In this document: in pieces, positions 53,486 through 64,000 of the stretch
Layout: each line of letters starts with the position of its first letter
Numbering within the stretch: position 1 is the stretch's first letter
Assembly: GCA_964247055.1 (NCBI GenBank)
Contig: OZ176054.1
Span: 12,276,001 to 12,340,000 of the forward strand
Length of the DNA stretch: 64,000 nt
Direction: 5' to 3'
From: Paragordius varius
Taxonomy: Eukaryota; Animalia; Nematomorpha
Position numbers and translations under genes: made by a program
The notes under the pieces: generated by a model
The model's database searches: none
Told to the model about the DNA's origin: nothing
Seen by the model: the letters and a program-made list of their open reading frames with translations, nothing else

Positions 53486-54508
53486 GCTTATTTTAAGTTA
53501 AATAAAATGCGAGCATTAAATCCTATTCATAAAATATCTTAATTCATGTTTAATCAAAAAATGGTTTATTTTTTAGTCGCTGTATATCAATTGTTATGTT
53601 ATAGTTTTAAGGCTTTTTGATACATGGTAATCATTTAGCCAACTCATAGGGTTATTATTTATCAATTATAGATGAAGGCTCCTCTTCATATTTTATTTCG
53701 GTTTTTTGTCCATATAACAAAAAAATTGTCCGTATAAAAATTATGTCCGCATAATTAAATTTTTCTGCATAAAAATTTTTTAATCTTTTGATTTTAACAA
53801 TATGTCTGTTATAATATTTTATCTGTTAGTTTTATTCGTCCGGAAAATTACAAATTACTGTAAAAATCACATACCTATATTGTATTCAATTTTTTAGCAA
53901 AAAAGATGTTATTACGTGAGTAAATGTTTGTTTTTTTATTAGTTACTTTATATTTTTACTATTTATCTATTATTTTGTTTTAGAAGGGACATAAAACATT
54001 AAGGATAAGCCGTATTCGCAAAAATTTGGGCAAAAATAAATTGTTAGCATATTTTGTTAAAATTTCTTATATTAAAATTTTTTGTCGACATGCAAAATAT
54101 ATCAAAAGACCGCACGCTATCCGCAGGCCGCTTATTGACACCCCTATTTTAGATCAGGTTTAAACCAGATTTGTTATTGGTTTAGCCTGTGTTAAATATA
54201 TTATTGAATATTTAAGTTTTTCTTGTAACTGTAAAAAAGTCGGTTTGATTTAAACTTTAGAGCAAATATTGACATTTAAAACTAGCTATCTACCCCCGGA
54301 TGATACTTTTTTTTTCGAAAAACAAAAAATTAGGCCTTGATCCAAAAAGTATTCAATAATATTTGTTTAATGTCCTGTAATAATACTTTTGGACCATGCC
54401 AAATTTCAAAGAGGGAAAAATTGGGGAAATAATTTGCTATAAAAACGGGTCTTTATTAAATTACTAACACATTTAAAAATTTTATCCAAATTATTTAATT
54501 TTTTTTTA

Positions 54509-55688
54509 ATGCTGACAGCAATAATTTTACTCTTGTTTGGGTGCTGCAGTGTTTTGGCTCAAAAGCCGTCAGAATATGATATTTCCGTGGGGTATCGCTC
54601 GAAATTCTACCACAAACTTTTAAATGAATTTCTAGGCCGAGCCAATATAACTGTCAATTTTGCCTTTGGAAAATTTACTTACACAAATGTGACATACGCA
54701 GAGTTTATTGATCAAGGAATACTGCCAAAATTAAACCTGGTAGATGGCCCTTATTCAGTTTTAAAAAATGGAATCATGATAACAAAGGGAAATATATTAT
54801 ATGGTATAATTATATTTTAATTCATGTATCTTTTATTTTGAGATTTTGCCCATACACTAGTTTATGTTTTGTTAAATTCTAATTCAAATTTCTAATGTCA
54901 GAGTAGATGTTTTTTAATATTGTATTAAAATAAAAATATCTAGAGATTAGAAAACATTGCTTTTAAACAGCGAATATTGTTTTAAAAATATATTTTTGCC
55001 GATTACCAGAATATGCAGATAAAATAAGTGTCAAACCTAATCATATCAGTGGATTCGAAGCCGATATAAATGATTATTGGCAACCATATAATAAATCTTC
55101 CAATTCCCCTCCTAACATTCAATTAACCACCATGTATGGAAAACGGGTGCCCATCAAAGTGTCAAACAAAACCAAATTAAATTTTGACCTACCCGGTAAA
55201 TTTGATTATATTGGACATTTGACCCTAACAATAAATGATAAGCAAGTTAAGTTCTACACAAAAATTGATAATCCCATTCGGGATTATGTAAGTTACAATG
55301 GGCGATTTATTTATCAACAAGCATGTTCAAATCTGTTTGAGAACCAAACCTTAGCAAGATCGTGTCAATTAAGTCTAGTAAGTGGAAGTACTTTACATTC
55401 ATCTAACGGATCAATCCAAATCCATAGATTAGCGATCGATAATCAATATTTGCAATTGTATGTGAACGGTGAACATTATATCACATGGAACATAAAGACT
55501 CATGGTTTTTCATTCTTTTTTATAGAGATACATAATCCAATTTATATTTATGTTAATTTAATATTTTTACATTATAGAAATAAGGAACAAAGCTATCGGA
55601 AACTTTGGACCTTTACCCAACAGAACCATTGTGACACTAAGTATGTTGAATGATTTTTTATTAATTTAAAAATCCTCATATAAAATTT

Positions 55689-55727
<39 letters not shown>

Positions 55728-57397
55728 TGGACACAAAAATTCTCTGATGAATATATATTCTAATAGATAATATCAGGATCTCAAAGTGTTTTCGTTTATG
55801 ATCCATACATCCAAAAAATTGGACCTTTGCTTAAAAATTAAATTTAGCAAAATTTTGGTGAAGTGATTTTTATGGTATTTTGAAGCCTGATGAAAACGGT
55901 ATACAAAGACTTAAGATATTATAAAAACACCTTTTCAACTTCATTCGATAATGCAAAACATATTTACCATCTAATTTTCGATTTGAAGATTTTTTCTAAA
56001 AACACACACAGTTTTAAAAACAAATAATGTGTCATCGTCAAATTATTTTAGAAAAAGTGTTTTTTAATCGTATCAACCATACTTCAATATACCATGAAAC
56101 TCGCTTCACCAAAATTTTGCTACAAATAAAAATTCTAAGCAATATTAAAATTTTCTGGAAACTTTTTTCGATATTTACGACATTAATTATTTATCGGGCA
56201 CAGCATTTTTGCGCTTAGTTTAACTAAACCTTCCCATTTTATATGTGTCCAAAAATTTGTGTTTTTCCGACCCAACATTCTAAATTTTAAAAATCACTGT
56301 GGTGCTTTTTCTATATAATTTATTATATAATTCAATTATATTTTTTCGGAATCAAGCGTTTAGCTTCCTCCAAAAAATTTAATCAGCAAAATGTGCGACA
56401 ATTTTGCAATTTTATTCAATTAACATAAAAGATAATAATCTTATATCACTGGTAAATTCGAAAAGGAACCATGATAATCCTGTGGATTTTACTATCAGAA
56501 TGTACATTTCTTATCATGATATTTTTAAGCCCCCCATTTTGGGTTCTGTGTATACATTTAAAATACTTTTAATTAATCAAAGATAATGAGCCGAATGCAA
56601 AGGATTTTTACAATTTAAATATATTGTTTTAGCAAAGAGTACTCGAAAATATTATCAGTGTGAAGAGATTGTTAGTTTTTCAACACTGGGATGGAATGTG
56701 AAAGATGTTGAACTGCTTGGTCCTTTCTACCAATATCTGACCGAATTGGAAGCCTACATGGATAAAGATAGGTTGATAATAAATGGTTCTAAAACAGAAA
56801 TATCCAAATACTCCAAAATTTATCTGAAAAAATCAAATTCCCTCCATGAAATCAAATTGGAGCCTCAGCAGTGCAAATCTAGATCGAAAGGTTTAATTAA
56901 AGAGAATTTAGATGCACATTAACATTTGTATTATTTTGGCGCTAAACACCGTGTATAAAATTACGAAAGTGATATAATTTTTTATTACTGATTGATTACA
57001 CAAAAAACTTAACGTAAATTTTAAATTCATTTATTACACATTCAACCGAAAAGTTAAGATCAAAGCGTTTTAAAAAATCACCATTTTTTGAGTACAGTAC
57101 CCCAAATGACAAAATTGTTCCAAGATATTATTGATTGAAATGTATAATTAAATACCTAATGTTCAAAAATATATTTTAGATATTGAATGGAACAATAGTG
57201 CAGGTACCTGGGATCAAATCAAACCTTACCTCCTGCCAAATCAATATAGTACAAGGATGTCAGTGTATAATGGCAATAACTACCGTTATACAATTCAATG
57301 TAGAGCGGATAATTGTAGGAACTTGCTTTTGTCGGCCGGAGATCGTCTTGGCATTATTAATAATCAATTGATTTTAAACATAAGACCTATGGGATAG
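54509..57397 (+). CDS. Secreted protein of unknown family, paralog B, 442 aa; exons 54509-54803, 55010-55504, 55578-55640, 56633-56890, 57180-57397
   Basis: Same five-exon structure; 1329-nt open frame ending TAG. The exonic indels between copies are single codons. The true frames of exons 3 and 5 differ from the ORF track. Confidence 0.85.
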
Positions 57398-57539
57398 ACC
57401 TTGAATTATTTGATTATTTTGTCCATCATTACATGATATTTAGTTAGAGTTTTAATCAAATAAATAAAATTAGCATCTAATCATATTAATTGTTAAAATA
57501 TATTGACGATATAGGTTTTGCGGTCGAGCGTGATTTTAT

Positions 57540-58310
57540 TATTATAGTCTATTTCTGTAACGCTATAGATCTTAATATACGCCTTCAGTTTAAGCTTGTT
57601 ATTTGCTAGTTCTCTATTGTGTTCTATATCATTTTAGGAGGACCACGTCCTCGTTTTCCTTAAAATATATCACTATCATTTTTGCAACATAATAAGATTA
57701 TATTTTTTTAATATGCCTATATCAATTTAGTCTTTTTTTGTCATATTTTCCGCCTCGATTTAATATCCGTATTTCCCGATATTTCTTCATAATCTTACTT
57801 TGATCCTGGTAGCCCACTTCCTAGCATTTTCATTTCTCTAAATGGCTTTCTTCGGATTTTTGGAAACCCGTCCGTGTACATCATTGTGGGTTAAACAACT
57901 AATATTTATCTTACCATACTGAAGTTTTCTTATTTAACCAACTGCTCTTGATAAAATTATTATCAGTTAACGAGCCATCTGAAAACTTATCATTGCCCTC
58001 AACTATTAGCACCTTTTTGACCCTTTATAACCTAACTAGTATCAACCTTCATCTCATGCTGTTGCTCCTTGAAACTAATAAATTTTATTTTTGTTTTGTT
58101 GACTTTCAGACCGCATTCGTTCAATTTCATATGCCACTTTATACTTTTTGCTTTAACTCAGCCACTGGTTCAGACATAATGAAATGATTACGTCATCTGC
58201 ATACATTTTAACCTAACCTTTGAATAGAAACTCTGGACACCTTATCAATACATTTCATAAACAGCAACGGAATAAGCGATGAGTTTTGCGAGACGGCGTA
58301 CTTTATGCTC
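57540..58310 (-). mobile_element. Duplicate of the old RTE fragment
   Basis: MYADDVI on minus strand near 58190; collinear with 37250-38062. Confidence 0.7.
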
Positions 58311-59082
58311 AAGGTTCTGATAGTCCTTGACCTTCCTAAAAATTTATTCATAAGTAAAATTTATATCATATTATATTTGTTAATCATCGTGATAGTATGT
58401 ATCTTTCAACATTATAAGATAAGCAATTGAAGATACATTTCATCTTTTAGCATTAGTAACTACAAAACTCATTGTAAACGTAAATATAACTGCATTCATA
58501 TGATAAAATCTGATATCTTTTAAACTAGAATAGCACTAAACTCCACTTGAAACAATAAAAAATCATATCATAAAATTTTCTGTCAGAATATAATCAAACG
58601 AATTTTAAAGTTTTAAACATTATTATTGCGTCCCGCAAAAAGTTTGAAAATTATATTTCTACCAAATCCTAGCAAAATTGATTTAAACAATTTTTTTCCA
58701 TTCGGGAGCGACAGAAAAATGGGAGATAATGGTAATATTTCATTTTAAGAGTTGTAATAAAACATTAATGACCATGTATTTATCTGATATCACCCGCCCT
58801 TTTTTGGGTTAAAGAGCGGTGCGCAAAGACATTATGTTATTCACCTCTGCTTTAAAACATAATATATATGTATTTTTCAGTTTATCCATTTACCCGATTG
58901 ATTTTTTATAATATTTAGAATCGTTGATTTTTAATATTTTTTATGTAAAATATTTTTAACACTGTTTAAAATAATTAAACTTATTAAGTAAAAATTTCAG
59001 CGTTTAGACCGTTTCCTGTGCCCATTCAGGGACTTTTAACTTTATCTGAGGCAACATAGCAAAAGTTATCTATGTTTTAAAA

Positions 59083-60330
59083 TTTTACTATTATTAGCCA
59101 ATAATACTGTCCTTTGTTGTATTTACTATTTGGCAATAATTAATAACTTTCTAGCAATGTATACTTACTCATACTGTAATTTACATATCATCAACTCTCT
59201 TTAATATATTATTACGTGTGACAATTTCCAATTAACGAGAATTTGTGACACTGCTTAATTTTAGATATATTACCGTGTAGGCTCTTAAGCAGATGATTAA
59301 ATATTATTTGTCTGTCTTTGGTATCAAATATAACTATAATACTATTTAAAAATGAATGTAAAAGAAACGCAGTGATCATTTATTGATATAATATTTTTTA
59401 TATAAAAGCATCAATATAATTACAATCAATTGTAAATAATAAATAATCGAGAAAAAAACAGACACACTGGTAAATGCCCTAAGAATATCTATGTCCGCAA
59501 ACACTTAATATGAGCCTATCGATCTCATAAATTAGGAGGGGAAAACATTTTGCAGTTTTTTTTCATGATTGTAATGAAGAGTAAACTATTGGATATAATC
59601 CTGCGGTTGAAATATAAAATATTTCATGATGGTGTATAAAATTAATATACAGTCATGTATCCTTTGTTTTATGAAAAATTATTTTGTATCGTTAAATGGG
59701 TATAAATAATTTGTTAAAAAATGGAAAAATAAGAGCTCTCTACTATTAACATTATCATATTCATCAAAAAAGCGTAAGAATTACCATAGACCTCTTGGTT
59801 TTCCATCCTTTACCAAATATTTATACCCATTTAACGAAAAAAATAAATTTTTGATAATAGGATACATGACTGTAATAAGCATCCCAAGCATTTTAAATAA
59901 AAGCTATAGACTGTATCCAGATAAGGATATATTATGTATCTTCTAGGTTTGGTTCAGAACGAGAGATTAAGATGACGGCGAGAATGGTGGTGAGCGTCTA
60001 GCTAAACGATTTTCAGAAATTCAGAGAAATAACTATTTCCATATGTGTGATGCATCAAATTATTATTAAATATTTTCTGAAATTATTAAATTGAGAGAAA
60101 ATTGATTTATATAGAAACGATTATGTGTACATGACAAAGAACAAATAATTAGTTTGAAATGGAATAAATTTTAAAAAATACAAAAATTGATGAGTGTACT
60201 AGGTATTTTTGACAAGAGGGCAATACATTTATAATATATATAGAGTATGCATTTTTATGTTGGTAATTTTTTGATTGCCAAATGGCAAACAGTAGCATAT
60301 GGATAAAAAACAACAAATAAATTCAACTTA
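59083..60330. repeat. Third partial copy: inverted duplicate of about 49950-51620
   Basis: Collinear reverse-complement homology; also a direct copy of 45025-46016 minus two MITEs. Confidence 0.85.
59650..59872. mobile_element. Tc1/mariner-type MITE (CAGTCATG family), paralogous copy
   Basis: TA|CAGTCATG...CATGACTG|TA with an intact TA duplication. Confidence 0.72.
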
Positions 60331-60725
60331 CTCATTTCCTTTTTTACAACATTATTTTTTTGTTTAAGTATTTAAACCTAAGTAAAATACGGAAATGCAA
60401 TTGTGTACCAAATATAAGTTCATTCTAATTGACCCTACTTACTAAAATACTGAATACACCCATCAAATAAATTTTAAACTTTATTAAATTTTTTTAATAA
60501 CAATTCACACTAATCATTTAGTCTTTATATTGTACCCATATTCGTTCTTCTTCTATTTTCAGAAAATATTTTATAATAATTATTTTTTGCTTAAAATTAA
60601 TTATTGATGGATCACACCCACAAATAATTATGTCACCTTTAAATTCTTTGATGATTCGTAGAAAATGGTGGATATAGATGCTCACCATCACTCTCGCCTT
60701 CATCACCATTTTCATCCCTATGTTA

Positions 60726-63700
60726 TCAACCATATATTTTCAACAATCAAAAATTATTACCCAATAATATTTTAATGTTTCCAACAATCAACCATATATT
60801 TCCCACAATCAAATAAAATTTTAATCAATATTACCCAAATTATTTTAATGTTTTCAACAATCAACCATATATTTTCAACAATCAATTAATATTCCCAACA
60901 ATCAAAAATGATGCCCAATGATATTTTAATGTTTCCAACAATCAACCATATATTTTCAATCAAATATATTCTTAACAATCAAAAATTATTTCTCAATAAT
61001 ATATTAATGTTTCCAACAATAAACCATATATTTTCAACAATCAATTAATATTCCCAACAATCAAAAATTATTTCCCAAATATTAATGTTTCCAACAATCA
61101 ACCATATATTTACAACAATCAACTAAATTCCTGAAAATCAAAAATTAATACCCAATAATATTTCAATGTTTCCAACAATCAACCATATATTTTCAACAAT
61201 CAATTAATGTTCGCAACAATCAATTATTTCCCAATAATATTTTAACGTTTCCAACAATCAACCATATATTTTCAATCAAATAATATTCCCAACAATCAAA
61301 TAAAATTACCCAGTAGTATTTAATGTTTCCAACAATCAACCATATATTTTCAACAATCAAATATATTTCCAATATTTACCCAATAATATTTTAGTATTCC
61401 CAACAATCAACAATTTTTCAACAATCAAATAATATTCCAACAATCAAAATATATTACCCAAAAAACAATCAACCATATTTTTTCAACCATCAAATAATAT
61501 TACCCAGTAGTATTTAATGTTTCCCAATCAACCATATATTTTCAACAATCAAATATACAATAATTAATATATTTTACCCAATAATATTTTAGTATTTCCA
61601 ACAATCAACCATTTTTCAACAATCAAATAATATTCCCAACAATCAAATAATATTACCCGATAATATTTTAATGTTTCCAACAATCAACCATACATTTTCA
61701 ACAACCAAATAATATTCCCAACAATCAAATAATATTACATAATAATATATTAATGTTTCCAACAATCAACCATACATTTTCAACAATCAAATAATATTCC
61801 CAACAATCAAATAATATTACATAATAATATTTTAATGTTTACAGCAATCAACCATATATTTTCAACAATCAAATAATATTACCCAATAATTTAAGGTTTC
61901 CAACAACCAACCATATATTTTCAACAATCAAATAATATTCCCAACAATCAAATAATATTACTCAATAATTATTTAATGTTTTTAACAATCAACCATATAT
62001 TTTCAACAATCAAATAATATTCCCAACTATCAAATAATATTACCCAATAATATATTGATCAATCAACCATATATTTTCAACAATCAAATAATATTACCCA
62101 ATAATATTTTAATGTTTGCAACAATCAACCATATATTTTCAACAATCAAATAATATTCCCAACAATCCAAAATTATTTCCCAATAATATAATAATGTTTC
62201 CAACAATTAACCATATATTTTAAACAATCAAATAATATTGCCAACAATCAAATAATATTACCCAAAATATATTAATATTCCAACAATCAACCATAAATTT
62301 TCAACAAATAAATAATATTCCCAAAAATCAAAAAGTATTCCCCTATAATATATTAATATTCCAACAATACCATATATTTTCAACAAATAAATAATATTCC
62401 CAACAATCAAAAAGTATTACCCAAAATATATTAATATTCCAACAATCAACCATATATTTTAAACAATCAAATAATATTGCCAACAATCAAATAATATTAC
62501 CCATTATATATTAATGTTTCCAACAATCAACCATACATTTTCAACAATCAAATAATATTCCCAACAATCAAAAATTATTTCCCAATAATATAATAATGTT
62601 TCCAACAATTAACCATATATTTTCAACAATCAAATAATATTGCCAACAATCAAATAATATTACCCAAAATATATTAATGTTTCCAACAATCAACCTTATA
62701 TCAACAATCAAATAATATTCCCAACAATCAAAGAATATTATCCAAAATATATTAATCAATCAACCATATATTTTCAACAATCAAATAATATTCCCAACAA
62801 TCAAAGAATATTACCCAAAATATATTGATGTTTCCAACAATCAACCATATATTTTCAACAACCAAATAATATTCCCAACAATGAAAAAGTATTACCCAAT
62901 AATATATTTATGTTTCCAACAATCAACCATATATTTTAAACAATCAAATAATATTGCCAACAATCAAATAATATTACACAATATTATTTTAATGTTTCTA
63001 ACAATCAACCATATATTTTAAACAATCAAATAATATTGCAAACAATCAAATAATATTACCCAATAATATTTTAATGTTTGCAACAATCAACCATATATTT
63101 TAAACAATCAAATAATATTGCCAACAATCAAATAATATTACCCATTATATATTAATGTTTCCAACAATCAACCATATATTTACAACAATCAAATAATATT
63201 ACAAACAATCAAATAATATTACCCAATAATATTTTAATGTTTGCAACAATCAACCATATATTTTAAACAATCAAATAATATTGCCAACAATCAAATAATA
63301 TTACCCATTATATATTAATGTTTCCAACAATCAACCATATACTTTCAACAATCAAATAATATTACAATCAATCAAATAATATTACCCAATAATATTTTAA
63401 TGTTTGCAACAATCAACCATATATTTTCAACAATCAAATAATATTCCCAACAATCAAAAAGTATTCCCCTATAATATATTAATATTCCAACAATCAACCA
63501 TATATTTTCAACAAATAAATAATATTCACAACAATCAAAAAGTATTACCCAATAATATATTAATATTTCCAAAAATCAACCATACATTTTAAACAATCAA
63601 ATAATATTCCCAACAATTAAAAAGTATTTCCCAATAATATATTAATGTTTACAACAATCAACCATACATTTTAAACAAATAAATAATATTCCCAACAATT

Positions 63701-64000
63701 AAAAGTATTTCCCAATAATATATTAATGTTAACAACAATTAACCATACATTTTCACCAAATAAATAATATTCCCAACAATTAAAAGTATTTCCCAATAAT
63801 ATATTAATGTTTACAACAATTACCCATACATTTTCACCAAATAAATAATATTCCCAACAATTAAAAGTATTTCCCAATAATATATTAATGTTTACAACAA
63901 TTAACCATACATTTTCACCAAATAAATAATATTCCCAACAATTAAAAGTATTTCCCAATAATATATTAATGTTTCCAACAATCAACCATACATTTTCACC
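60726..64000. repeat. Higher-order satellite, ~78-100 bp units built from ~20-21 bp CAACAATCAA-core monomers; runs off the window end
   Basis: Typical unit tttccaacaatcaaccatata-ttttcaacaatcaaataata-ttcccaacaatcaaataata-ttacccaataatattttaatg; near-identical 78-bp units from about 63670; plus strand almost G-free. Confidence 0.95.

Larger units (their letters stand above)
51471..59071. repeat. Right arm of large inverted segmental duplication
   Basis: Reverse-complement homolog of 36671-46016; the arms differ by arm-specific TE insertions. Confidence 0.92.

Noticed and set aside
54438-54444. TATAAAA about 70 bp upstream of paralog B ATG
   Set aside because: The paralog has CATAAAA and such motifs are frequent at this AT content; needs TSS data.
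55505-55525. Possible 20-21 nt micro-intron GTTTTTCATTC...ATAG in the secreted-protein genes
   Set aside because: The longer 72-73 nt intron gives a conserved in-frame exon 3 (EIRDKATGNFGPLPNRTIVTL) with a GTATGT donor in both copies, whereas the micro-intron frame reads like intron sequence and runs into a stop.
2551-60733. Most other short ORFs of 60-110 aa (e.g. 2551, 7937, 11648, 13602, 13842, 20251, 21094, 25072, 25423, 25824, 28509, 43942, 50191, 50764, 51173, 51420, 60518)
   Set aside because: Antisense shadows of TE or rRNA sequence, or low-complexity I/F/K/N-rich chance frames without motifs or splice support.
62568-63985. ORFs within the satellite (e.g. 26-aa repeats at 63671-63985)
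   Set aside because: By-products of stop-poor repeat units; neighbouring units break the frame.

Overview
Very AT-rich eukaryotic nuclear DNA. The 28S fragment has animal-type signatures and there are GT-AG introns, some very short; nothing is prokaryotic. Most of the window is transposon debris: several hAT elements (three with Buster/SPIN-like transposase remnants), two copies of a non-autonomous Helitron, a 5'-truncated Mag-like Ty3/Gypsy element with its 3' LTR, a near-full-length RTE LINE (APE + RT with an embedded PHD finger) split by a hAT insertion, many MITEs and a 28S rDNA fragment. From about 36.7 to 59.1 kb there is a large inverted segmental duplication. It carries two intact, divergently oriented 5-exon paralogs of an unrecognised secreted protein (444 and 442 aa), with a foldback-like repeat in the spacer and a partial third copy that starts in the loop of a hairpin MITE. 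The window ends in a G-poor higher-order satellite. The top finding is a 461-bp insertion (50090-50550, minus strand) that begins exactly at G+1 of a complete HDV-like ribozyme fold, has a 13-14 bp TSD, and whose empty site is visible in the paralogous segment at 60198-60211. All structures and alignments were derived by eye; no searches or folding programs were run.
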